DNA from: Vicugna vicugna
Lineage: Eukaryota
Reading direction: 5' to 3'
Length of the DNA stretch: 64,000 nucleotides
Assembly (NCBI GenBank): GCA_013265495.1
Contig: MU058781.1
Span: 4,403,050 to 4,467,049 of the forward strand
Notes under the pieces: model-generated
Database searches by the model: none
What the model was told of the DNA's origin: nothing
What the model saw: the letters and a program-made list of their open reading frames with translations, nothing else
In this document: positions 39,256-51,280 of the stretch, in pieces
Layout of the letters: each line of letters begins with the position of its first letter
Numbering within the stretch: the first letter of the stretch is position 1
Translations under genes and position numbers: made by a program

Positions 39256-39954
39256 TAACCCGCCTTCCAAAAAGAGCCACCCCCAACAGTTGGGTGCTGT
39301 GCACTCCACCTCTCTGCTCCTCTCCACTATTAGTCACCCTCAAAAAGCATTATTTGCTTGTTTTGCACAATTTATTTTAACTTTTTCTCTTATTTTACAG
39401 ACTGAATTCTTGTAGAAACATAACTTCCATATGTATTAATTTTCCTATTTGAAATCTGACTGCATCATTTTTTTAAAATCCATTTTGTATATCCAAGAAT
39501 GTAAGCTAGTGAGCAAAAATGAAACACAGTAATAGTTAATGCTGACTTTTTAGAAGTCCCATGAAAAAGGTAATTTTGAGTTCTGCTCTGTAAATCTCAT
39601 CCAAGTAGCATAGATGCAGAAATAAACATTATTCAAATAAGCAAAGTCTAGTAAAATCTCACTAGTTTGGAGTCCAACAATTGGAAATTTGAGCTCATTT
39701 GGACTGGAGCTGAACTGAGGTTTATTCTTACTTATGAAGTCATTTCTTCATGACAATGAAAATGAGTATTTTAAATAAGACTTTAGGGCCAAATGTTAAA
39801 GGAATCAAACTGCATGTTATAAAAGGGTTATAAAAGAAAAATACATGATTTAGCCCAATTTGACTTAAAGCATGAGCCTGAAAATTCTTTGATTATCTAC
39901 TACACAATTCTGTAACTCAGGCTATTCCTTAAACTAGAAGGTCTATTGAGATGC

Positions 39955-40400
39955 AAGGACAAACGCCACAGATTAGCTACTCAACACCCACATCCAACTT
40001 CCTTCTTTGCAGCCCAAATACATCCCCAGCCTGCTTTGCTGCTAGTGGTGGCCCTATCCTAGCCAAGACCCTGGAGGGTAGAGGCGGAAGCGAAAGGCAC
40101 AAGGTCTTCTAAGAAGATTTGCTCTCCTGAAAAAGGAAACAGACATGGCTGGTGCTACCTACTCCCCATGCTGCATGCCTTAGACGTGTGGAGGTGCAAC
40201 TGCATCTCATAAACATGAAAGAAAAGCTAAGAGTCCTGCAGAGACTCCAACTCTGATAACGCAGAGCAGCTAAACCAATATATGCAGCTGCCTCGCTCCA
40301 ACCTTTATGCTACATGAGAGAAATAAACCTGCATTTGTTTAAGCTACTGTGAGCTGAATGTCCTGTTACGTGGGGCCAAATGCATGCCTACCCAACACAA
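39955..40400 (+). mobile_element. Old ERVL/MaLR LTR (LTR33/MLT1K-like)
   Basis: catccccagcctgctttgctgctagtggtggcc ... atgagagaaataaacctgcatttgtttaagctactg. Confidence 0.6.
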
Positions 40401-40547
40401 GGGCTCAGGGAGACCAAGTTCCTAAGAGATGTCGGTGCCTACACAGGAGAAGCAAAAGCAAAACTGAAAACAGAAGTCATGAGATGCCTTCAAACTGTCA
40501 ATGCACACGTGGAAGTAATGAGGCTGACTCCAAAGCAGACTCCAGAA

Positions 40548-40575
40548 CTACACACACACACACACACACACACAC
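40548..40575. repeat. (CA)n microsatellite
   Basis: Perfect ac/ca dinucleotide run of about 14 units. Confidence 0.95.
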
Positions 40576-40869
40576 AGCAAGGAGCTGAGCACCAGCTAGG
40601 GTCAGGAATTCAACAGAAACTTTCTGAAATAAGCCTATTTTACTTTAAACGGATGTTTTGCATCCTTCTAAGAAGTGATGTGGTTTCTTTCCAGCCATAA
40701 AAAAAGTTCCCCCTCAAATCAATTTGGCCTTTTAACTTCAATTTGGACTCCACTATTTTATTCTGAAGTAAATAGTCTCAGAACATCAGGCAAAGCTATA
40801 TTCAAATATAAATGTTAAACCTATTCCAGATGAATTGTTTTATTATTAACTGCAATTCCATAAAGTTGT

Positions 40870-41095
40870 GGTAATGAAGACAGTTTCTAGAATTGGAATG
40901 CCTGGCTCCCAGTCCTAGCTCTACCACATACAAATCCTATAAACTTGGATTTGAACTTCTGTACCTTAGTTTTCTCATCTGTAAAGTGGACAGAAAAAGA
41001 GCTCCTCTTTAACAGAGTGTGATGAATTACTGAGACGTACAATGTTTTAAAAATTGCATGGAATAGTAAGCACTCGATAAATTTAGGCATTATTA
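40870..41095 (+). mobile_element. MIR SINE
   Basis: cctggctcccagtcctagctctaccac ... ctgtaccttagttttctcatctgtaaagtgg ... tagtaagcactcgataaat. Confidence 0.8.
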
Positions 41096-42213
41096 TAGGT
41101 GTTTAAAAATTGATTCTACTTACATATAGACTATGCATGTATGTATCTGTACATGTGTAAGTACATGTGTGTGCAGTCCTTCGTGTTTTACTTTGTATGC
41201 TCAAATAAAGCATAGAATAACCTAAAAATTAGATCACCCATTCCTTTAGTCCCACTCCAAATATAAGCCTAGATAAGCCCAAATGAATAAACTGTTCTTA
41301 ATCTCTTTTGCCTCTATTTTTTTAAGTTCTGTGTCTAGGCTCATTTGGTTAAAATTTGTGTAATGAAATTCTACAATTCGTTTGCTCTTACTTCCATGGA
41401 AAACCTGAAAGAACACGAGTATTTCTTTAAAAGCCTTCTTGGGCTCCACCTGTTACTATCTCCCCACAACACCCATAAGCAAACGTATGTTTTGGGTTGT
41501 GCATGGTTGGATTTTGTCTTTTGGCCTTTCTCCTTCTTGCAAGACTGTTGTAACCTCTGTTTCTCATGGTCTTCATCTGTGCCCTGGGAACCCTTTCCAT
41601 GTCTACGTTTAAGCGCATGACTGTGCTCTTGGACCTCTTAGTCATATGCTCTTCTTAATATGTTAACTATTGTTTCTTGAATTTGGGTCATCTAAGAATA
41701 CAAGTATTAATCACGTGGGTCACCTCTGAGGTTCCCAGTCTTTCTTTTCTTTAATGAAAGAGGTCTGTCTTTCCCACTTCGTACCATACTGTTCCAAATG
41801 ACCAGCTCCCTCCGTCTCCTCTCCTTAACGCCGTGCCCCGTGGACCTCCTCCTCCCGTGTTGTGTTACAGGCTTACTGCAGCCTGTTCTCTCCACCCACC
41901 TTCTTCCTCACACCCCCGCGTTTATCATCCTGAACGCTCCTGCTGCGAGATCGCTATCTTCCAAATTGCCTTCCTGAGCTGCAGCTGCCACCCCTCCTCT
42001 GCCATGGTCAGTGTCGGGTCTAAAAGACCTGTCCCCTCACTGGCTTCCCTATCTCCCACATTAAAAAGTTGTCATCGTCACATTTCACTTGTCAGCAACA
42101 TGATGCATGAATCAGATATTTCCCTTTACGCTTTCATCTTTGCCACACATAAGAATTAGTGTCTAATGACACAGAGGCGAAAAGTTAATGGAAATTTAAT
42201 TGAAAAAACTACC

Positions 42214-42282
42214 ATCCCAGCAGGAATTGAACCTGGTGGCCCTCACACAGAAGACAGATATTTCATCCACTAGGCTCTGGAG
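42214..42282 (-). pseudogene. Decayed tRNA-like sequence (tRNA pseudogene or ancient SINE head)
   Basis: Minus strand: A-box-like AGCCTAGTGG, B-box GGTTCAATTCC with a CAGG/CCTG T-stem, partial acceptor stem, T6 run just downstream. Confidence 0.4.
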
Positions 42283-43884
42283 TTTGGTTTAGCATGCTTG
42301 GGTATAGATGGTATCACTTTGGTAAACAGATAATTCCCTTATTTTTCTAGTATTACTTTGGTCAACAGAATGAAGAAGGGAGTGGATTCCGATTTAAATG
42401 TCAACGCTATCCACTTTCAAGATTCCAAATAGGGGAGTTTTAATGAAAATGGGATTTAATTTCCTGTAAATGTTTGAGTTCTTCAACCCTAATATATAGA
42501 AATAATGAATATTTATGCATGTAAAACATACCTTCCTCCTAGTTAGAGCAGCACTGAGTCACTCACTCACAACTAGAAGAACTCCAAGAGAATTTTATCA
42601 GGGAGTCTGAGACACACCTTAGGTTTTTCTAGAGAAAATGATGCACTTGAATGCTTTCGTCCCCTCCTTCTTTCATGTTTTTCTCCAGAAGCCTAAATCA
42701 TGAAGAAATGGACAAGGTACACAGTTCTGATAATTCAACCGTAATGGAATCCTACATTTTAGACCATTGGGCTATCATTACATGTTTTTATTTAAAAATA
42801 AATTAATTAAGCTTAACAAATATGTATTTATCCAGATTATCCTAGAGCTTTCACCCAATCTGCGATACTCAAGATTGAGTGAGATTTCCTGAGGGGCTGA
42901 GAGAGGTATCTTCGACCCTCAGTTTGCGTTCAGCACTTGAGAACATTTTGCTATCTCCTTGTGCCTGGTTAAGTGGCTGTATGCAACACAATATGTAATT
43001 TCAACTTAACCTTCAAATAATTGAAAAAACTGTAAAAGATTCACAGAAAGGAACCACAAGTTGAAAGTCCTGCCAACAACACAAGCCCCAGCAAACGAGA
43101 AAACGGCGGAGCCCACGTTTCTCTCGCACTTTGACAAGCTCTTCACAGTCACACCATGAGGTGAAACATGCTGAAGCTTTTATTTCCAAAAGGTCAACCA
43201 ATTTTTAAACAGCCTAAAAAAATTTTTTTAAGTATTTAAAATAGGACTGACATCTACAATCATTAATGATGAATCTTGCACTAAGTACCTACTATGACTT
43301 GAGGTATTAGCCAGGGATGGTATGAAATCTTTGATGATTAGCAAGACATTACAAGAAAAGCATGCAGAACTAGAGAGCAAATGTCTATATTGTTCTGACG
43401 GGTAGGTTTAAAGTTATGTGAAACCCAGTCAGGATTTATAAAAACATGACTAAGCTTAATGATATTTAAAAGCCTCTGTTTTTGTGAAGGCAAAAATGAT
43501 TCTTTGAATCACTAATAAATAAAATGTTGCTGAAATATTTTTATCTTCACTTCATCCATTTTAAATTTATTTTATATATGTTTTATAAAATGTGTAATAT
43601 AAAGACCACAGCACATGCGTGTGTGCACAAACATATACAACCGTGAGACTCAACATACTTCTATTGAGAGAATATGCTCAAAAATGTAGTAATGGTCATG
43701 TTGAATCAAGAAGGTTTATAGATCTCTGCTCTAGTGAGAATGTGGTAGCAGGATTTTTCTTTTTTCCAGGAATCTAGGTCTTTTCATTTTTCCTAATGAC
43801 TGCTCTGAGAACTCAGTACTAAATTTACTATTCATGCCTTTTCACCTAAATGTAAATTCCTTACTTTCTTTTATAGCCTACCCA

Positions 43885-44130
43885 TTTGGCTTAGTGGTTA
43901 ACAAACTGCCTAGAATCAGGCAGACCTATGTGGGATCCTGGCTCCATCATTTACTAACTGGGTTAGCCGTTCAGACAAGTTATTAAACTTCCTGAGCCCC
44001 AGTTTCCTTATCTGCAAGATAGAAATGACAACACCCATCTCATATATTGAGACAAAGCATGTGAAGCACCCAGCACAGTGTATGGGTATGTGGCAGGAGT
44101 CTGCTCAAAGTTAGCGATGGTGGTGGCGGT
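43885..44130 (+). mobile_element. MIR SINE
   Basis: tggcttagtggttaa ... gatcctggctccatcatttactaactg ... ctgagccccagtttccttatctgcaagatag. Confidence 0.8.
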
Positions 44131-46628
44131 GATCATCATCAACCCCCTTAAAGGCCATCAACTTTCCAGCTACGCTGAACCACTCACTGTCTCCTCCTGA
44201 ATGGCTTTCCCTCCAGCTCTGTGTGGTCAAATATTATCCATGCTTTTCCATTTTAAATACTCCCCTGCTCCATGAACTTTTCACTAACACTGCCCAGCCA
44301 GAAGGAACTTTCCTTCTCATCCACATCACATTATACTTTGTTTGCATCCCTCATATGCTACTCACAGATTGCTCTCTTGCATACAGCAAGGGAAAGTATT
44401 GATGTCTGTATGTAAAGTATGTAAAGTATTGATGCTTTGGGGTAACTAAGAAGAAAGCTGCTGGCAGATAATCTGATAAAATGATGTTTTAATGTGAAGA
44501 CCCTGTTATATAACACTCAGTTGTATATGAATTCTTCCCTAGATGCTTTCCAGCATGTGTTACACTTGCTCAGAACTAAGGCTTCCCCATGCAGTATATG
44601 CCAGAATAGAACACAGTTGATCTCCTCGGCTGAGACAATGTGACATCCCCATGTAACCTGCTAATTTAACATTAACAATAAACCCATGATTCAACAACAG
44701 GCTGATCCCTCCAACAGAAACATAAAACCCACCAGTGCGTTTTCCTGCGAATGAGAACTAGGAAGCCACAGGCTTTCCTTTTTCTTTTTCTTATATTTCA
44801 CAGTGACATTCATTGACTTACAGCTGGCATTTGTGAGGCCTGCAGTAAAATGACATCATGTGCATATTTAACTTACATGTATTCAACTATATCCATTCCA
44901 GGGGGAAAAAGCAACGTGAGAAAGAGACGGGGTCACACAGGGTGGGGGTAAGGAGAGGAGGAGAAAGAGGAGATTTTCCAACAACATGGGCAATGCTACC
45001 TACCATTTCTCTCAGTGAGCAGATGCCCTGGGGAGAGCAGGAGATGAGAGATGTGAATCTTCTCTGCCCCAAATCAGTCTCTGCTCCTGCTTATCTCAGA
45101 GCCTCTTGCCAAGATGCTAATGTTTAAAGATCTAGCACTGAAAAATTAAACATTGTGTGCATAATCTTTAACTGTATATGTATTTGTGTATATACTACAC
45201 ATACCAATGCTGTGAGCTGTGTATACTGCATGAAGATGGGCAAGTTAAGGGCAAATTTTTAAAAATATAATAGCTTCCTACCCTCCATGCTGACCTTGGT
45301 ACCTAACCCTCCCACATGGTGTGATTCCAGTGCATATACACTGGGATCGAAAATTCAGTTGAGAGGTTGGCAAGGGTGCGGGAGATTCAGTCCACCAAAA
45401 CAAGAGCACTAGCCTTAGCTTCAAAAAGAAAGAAGAGGGGGAAAAAGCACTGCGGAAAATTAGTATCAGCAGCTTCAGGATTTATCCTCAGAGGCCGTCC
45501 CCAGGACGTCCAGGTGCTACTTTGAGTTTCAATGCAGGACCAAACCAGTCACTTCCTCTTCTCTGCCTCAGTGATCTCTCCTGGGAAATGGGGCTTAATA
45601 CCTGCTTCCTGCTTATTGTCACAAAAGAAAATACCATGATTAGTCTAATTTCTAGGTAATCTAGTCACCGATGCTGAAGCATTTCATACTTCAGAGAGTC
45701 TAAGAAGACAACCAAATTTTGGTTGCAATAACAACTCTTCCTGATTCTGTTCACCTCCAAGAGGGCCGCATTGTGAGGTGTTAGGACAATTATAACAGTG
45801 GGAGTGTCACTTTGCATGACAAACATCACAGTGATGTTCATACTTCATCCAACGCATTGGGCAGTTTATCCCGACCTTAATCAAAATTGAAAAGGTTTCA
45901 TCCCAACTGCTTCAGCTTCCTAATCTCAACTGAGTAACATCCAAAATACATGAACAACCAACCAACCAGACTGGGAGGGTCTTACATGAGCTCCTGCAAC
46001 CCGAAGGCTGCCGGCAGTAATAGCCCACCCGCCTTCACCCTGCCCTGAGCCCGGGCGCCCACTGCGTTCCACAGGACAGCTCTAACAGGCCAGATTAATG
46101 CTGAGAAGGAACTTAAACCACAAAGGACCAAAAAGCAAATAGTTTTGCCCAAAGCTAATGTAGCAAATTACATGCAAGATCTAAACTCCAAGAACCTTTT
46201 AAATGGTGCAAGTCTACACAAACATACAGCATCCAGTTTGCCAAGACTTAAAAACTAAATTAAATGTAAGTCAAGTCCCACTGGGGGATTTACAGAACCA
46301 GTTAAAGACCAGGGTTCTGGTCTTGGCAGGGCCTCTGGCTTACATTGCCCCCCAGGTAACAAATTTCTCTCACTGGGCTTCTGTTTGCCTGCCTATGAAG
46401 CCCACATTCTGCTCTGAGTGCATAGGAACCAACAGCAAGGTGAGAAGGTAGGCAGGGTGCTCAGAGCTCCTTGTGAGAAGGGTGTCTATGCGTGAAATTC
46501 ATCCAAGTGCCCTGTTGCCCTACCTGGGCTGCCGTGCATGAGTGTGGGGTCTGTGGCCCAGGGGGCGCTAAAGCCAAGTCCTCTTTCCACCTTGAGCAGG
46601 GCTTCATCCAGCTGGAGGAAACTGCCTT

Positions 46629-47368
46629 ATCTTTACACACAGTGCTCTCTGCTTCCAGGCCCAGTCACACTTTTTCTAATTCCCTTAAAGACACCCAATT
46701 GATAGTGGCCCAAGCCCTAAATGGGAATGGAGCAACTATCAAAGCTGGTGTCATTCTGCAGAAAGCTGGGCAGAGGAATCGTTTACAAACAAAGCTGCTC
46801 TGGTGGGAGTCATATTCACAATGAACATTTGTGGTCAGAAGGCTGGAAACAAGCGGAGACAGTGGACTGACAGCCACCCTTGCACCGTGGCCACATTACC
46901 GAGCATTGGGCCAGATTCTCCACGTCCCGCTCCTTCGCTGCGGCCGCAGCCCCACGCAGCAATGCAGGTGAAACTCACTTAGAGAAAGTAAGCATCTTTA
47001 CACACAGTGCTCTCTGCTTCCAGGCCCAGTCACAGAGGGGCTGACTTTTTCTAATTCCCTTAAAGACACCCAATTGATAGTGGCCCAAGCCCTAAATGGG
47101 AATGGAGCAACTATCAAAGCTGGTGTCATTCTGCAGAAAGCTGGGCAGAGGAATCGTTTACAAACAAAGCTGCTCTGGTGGGAGTCATATTCACAATGAA
47201 CATTTGTGGTCAGAAGGCTGGAAACAAGCGGAGACAGTGGACTGACAGCCACCCTTGCACCGTGGCCACATTACCGAGCATTGGGCCAGATTCTCCACGT
47301 CCCGCTCCTTCGCTGCGGCCGCAGCCCCACGCAGCAATGCAGGTGAAACTCACTTAGAGAAAGTAAGC
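46629..47368. repeat. Head-to-tail tandem duplication (365 bp + 375 bp)
   Basis: 46629-46993 and 46994-47368 read identical by eye except for a 10-bp indel (gaggggctga present only in copy 2); the ORF track shows the same peptide twice. Confidence 0.97.
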
Positions 47369-47651
47369 GCAGGAGGCAAGCTGGCCGTGGCGGTGTTGCG
47401 TAAGAATGCGTGGGAGTGAAGGGGCTGTATCTGGCTTTGTTTTGCTCACACGCTCAGTTGGACAACAGTGATGGCTATTTTTTGAGCACTTGGGGGAAAA
47501 TGGGTTTTTTAAGTCAATGGGTGCCATCAGTTCTGCATCATTTGCATTCTTGACTCTCTTTATACTTGGATTTCAAACTGTATTTCAATGAGGCATCTTC
47601 ATTCTTGTCTATCAGTAGGGAAATGAGGTACTGTTAGGATGGATCGCATAC

Positions 47652-47808
47652 TTCCACGGACCCTGTGGCTGCAAACGTGACCCTGGAAAACCAGGCTAGT
47701 AGGGGACTATACTCCAGTGCCCGGGCAAGGGCTCCAGTGCCGAGAGCAACAAGAAGCTGGTCACCAGCAGAAGGTCCAGGGGCTTCATCTAGATTCAACT
47801 GCAGGAGG
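47652..47808 (-). CDS. Candidate exon (one long open frame: LLQLNLDEAPGPSAGDQLLVALGTGALARALEYSPLLAWFSRVTFAATGSVE)
   Basis: Acceptor TTTCTCTTTTCGCTAG|CCTC at 47808 (alternative CTGCAG|TTG at 47798), donor GAA|GTATGC at 47652; protein not recognised. Confidence 0.3.
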
Positions 47809-48295
47809 CTAGCGAAAAGAGAAATCTCACACATAGTACGTGCTGGCCAAACACAGTCAGTCATCCAAGCCAACCAACCTGCAGATCTCTCAACGAACTG
47901 GTTTTGTGGTTTTGTTTTATTTTGTTTTGTTTTTAATTCTCATGGATTCTGAGTATTTCTGAGCTGAGGAGAATGAGGAGGAAATGGAAGAGATAAAAGA
48001 AATGTATTCCTCATTCCCCGGCATAAGCCAATAGCAGGAAGTAAGAATTCATGATTGTATCTCTGACACTGAGTCATTTTTGTTATCTCTGTTCTTTCAT
48101 TTCCTAATTTTCCACCATAAATGAGTACTTTCTAATAAGCAAGAAGTGGGGAAAGCACTCTTCATTATCTAAATTTATTCGATTCCTAAATTCTGACAGT
48201 GAGTATCTGGCCAGTGAGTTTGGAGAGGAAGAAATCTATTTGGTTCCTGAGTTTCAGAAAATAAGAACTGAGATTTCAGAGAGTGATGGATTTAC

Positions 48296-48366
48296 CTGAA
48301 TCAACTTGCTTCCTGAGTTCTGAGAGGGAAATTTTGGATGGCCAGAGGTCAAACAGCAATAGATAC
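48296..48366 (-). CDS. Candidate exon, 71 nt (IYCCLTSGHPKFPSQNSGSKLIQ or YLLLFDLWPSKISLSELRKQVDS)
   Basis: TGTAG|GTATCT ... ATTCAG|GTAAAT; two open frames; weak polypyrimidine tract. Confidence 0.25.
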
Positions 48367-49609
48367 CTACATTGAACTTTGAAGAGACAACCCTCTCCCA
48401 TCCCTTTACACACGGAAGCACCAAAAGTCTGCCCCAATGGGCAATTCTGCAATGTCTGTCTGTGCAAAAGTTTTATCATACACATTTTGGTTGCTTCTTA
48501 AAGAAAGGATGTTTCTAAGGTGAATCATAGAAGCAAAGAAATCAAAAATGACACAGGTAAGGTAAGTTTCTCTGCCAAATTCACATAATCGAAATACTTG
48601 AGTAAGGATTATGTTTTAATGTAAGTCTGTGTGTTCTCAACTACTTTGTCAATGAGCTAAAGATCTGAGATCCATAGGCAAAATGTGTTAGGCAAATATG
48701 AAGTAGGATTTCTTGGCCTCAGCCCACAAAGTCTTCACTTGTGCTCTGGGCAAATTAAGTAAGAGAGAACAAAATCCTAGCCAAACTCATGACTGTTACA
48801 GACTTTCTATGCCAAGGAAGTAGAAGTCAACAGGCACTAGGAGCTAGGAGCTAGGGCTTCACCCTACATACAGTACTAAAAAGGAAATCTCACAGTTGTC
48901 AAATGAACACAGTATTGCTCATATACCTCAAGAAAAGATGCAACCAGAGATTCAAAATGTTTTATATAAAAAGCAAAAGGGGAGAGCAGGCCCATTAAAG
49001 AATTTTTTCCCTTTCTTTAATATCTTCCAAATGTATTTGAACTTGTTTCCTGCTTGGACTCATTTAATTTCTTCGATACAGTTCACAGATGTGAGTTACA
49101 CTTGGAAACACAACTCAGGACTGTGTGGTTCTGACCCACGCATTGGGTTCATGAACTCCTCCAATGATTCTCACAGCAGCGACGTCATTCACTGTCAGTG
49201 TCCCTTACTAGTGCTGCCCACTTCCTTCCCAGCAAGGGGCCACATTACTCAGCACAGAGTGACCCCTGACTCAGTCAACATGGGAGGAGACTGTCATCCA
49301 AGCCGGTATGAGTCCAGGAGAGAGAGATTCCAAATGGCCTCTGAAGACTGTTGGGTCTTACCATAGCTCCACTCACAGGTTAATTCCCTCTCCTTCCTTT
49401 ACTGTGCTTAAAGATGGCATGATTTGTAACTTGTCAAAAAATACTGGCTTTCTTTCAGTTATCTGAGCTTGGGACACCATATTCCAAATCACAAATCTAA
49501 GCAGACATATTTACTAAGTGGGTGAGGAGTGAGAAAGAAAGGAAAGATGTAGGGAAAACTGGCCGAGTTGAATAACAACTGGTGCTGAAACACACAAACT
49601 CTTCTGAAA

Positions 49610-49810
49610 TTCTAATTTTAAAATAACAATACTCCCCACTTGTTGCAACCTAACATTTACCTTCATAACAGCCCCAAGGGAAGGTATTGTTGTTCTCATT
49701 TTACAGATGATAAAATCAAGAGTGGAAAGTTGGGTGAGCTGCCCAAAGATCTCATAATTAAGAAAGGATGGAGCTGAGTTTCCTAACTAGGTTGAATCCC
49801 TGCTCTTCCA
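49610..49810 (-). mobile_element. MIR SINE
   Basis: cataacagccccaagggaaggtattgttgttctcattttacagatgataaaat ... gagctgcccaaagatc. Confidence 0.75.
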
Positions 49811-50949
49811 ATCTGTAAAATCAGACAGAAATATTAAACAAAGAGAGTTTAATAAAATAAATTTGGAGGGAAAAAAATCTAAAGAAATTTGGAAAACGGT
49901 GTGTTCCAAGATCTCCTAAGTTAGTTATCTGATCATCATCATGTTACTCATGCTACTGTTGACAACTTAATCCAACCTAACTTCCTTTATGCAGAAAAGT
50001 ATCAGAGAAAACACTCAGTGCTCTGCTTTCTTCTTAAATAACCTCCTTTCAGCTTCCTTTACTCATCTTCTTCTCAACTCATTGCCATGTTGGCCAAGAA
50101 GGTCTCCCTAGGACCTCATCAGCACTAGATTGCCTCTACCTCCTTGTCTCCTAACCCAGCAGGCTCTCCTCCTGTTCCTCAGAATCCAACCACCCAAGCC
50201 TGTTGAATCTTATACTTAACTGTATAAAAGCTGCCTTCATCAGCAACTGACTCCCACTCCTGAACTCATGATTCACAAAACGCAACAGGAGAAGGGCCCA
50301 TAACCCCCAAAACTGGCCCACCACAGGCTCAAACACCCAAGTACAGCTTGGCCCTGGCACACGCTTAGTAATCCTGGAATTTGTCCCTCCTTCGCCCACT
50401 GGCTCCTTCCCTCGGTGTAACTGTTACAGATCTTCTCTTCACGTCTTAAGACCCACATCCTCACCAAATAACCACCTCCTTCTTCACAAGCAGCTGGATA
50501 CCCTCGAGAGTCAGCTTTGCCTTTGAGCCCCCATTCACCTACCATAATAATCCCTTCATTCTGCCTCTTTCCCATCCTCTTCCCTTTCCTAAGACCCAGT
50601 CCACTTCAATATCCCTCTACAAACCCAACACTCCTCCCTCCTCTGGAGTCCTGAAGCACGTCTTGTTTGTACCTCTCACTTGACTTTTAAGGTACAGCTG
50701 CCAAGTATTTCTTATCTTTTTTCCATTGAATCTTCTTTTAATACTTTAAATTGCACAAGCAACAGTCTGCCTTATCTTTTTTTGTGCACATGTCCCATCC
50801 ACCCTACTGGATTGGGTGTCCTCCAAAGCTCTGTCCTTTCCCATCTGCTCACCTCCCTCTCTAACGACGTCCTGGGAGAGAGCTGATCCACTTGTGAAAC
50901 GCCATGTGCGCGACACACGTTCGTGCCACCAAGCCCCTGCTTGGGCTGC

Positions 50950-51280
50950 CCCTGGCCCAAGGGTCCTGTCCTCTTCTCCTTAGCAATCTAAACACATACT
51001 CCTTTCTCAAGGCCACTTCAAATTCCAAAGAAGCCTTCTGCAGCAAACCCAGGTCCACAATTATCTATTCCTTCCCTGCATTCCTATAGCACTCCTGTCT
51101 ATGCAAACATTTTAATGGTTATGCATATTCTTATTTTATTGGGTCTATGAATGTGTAGCTTCTACTTCCCTAAATAAATGGGGAGCTTCCTGAGGACAGT
51201 AACTCAAGTCTTTGATTTTAGATTCCCCACATAGCATCCAGCACAGTGCCACATACTCTGAGGGTATTTCTCAATTACCT
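50950..51280 (+). mobile_element. L2 3' fragment
   Basis: gagcttcctgaggacagtaactcaagtc ... tccccacatagcatccagcacagtgcc. Confidence 0.6.

Noticed and set aside
47695..47790. Minus-strand short ORF MKPLDLLLVTSFLLLSALEPLPGHWSIVPY* resembling a signal peptide
   Set aside because: Stops after 30 codons, has weak Kozak context and overlaps the longer open frame of the candidate exon
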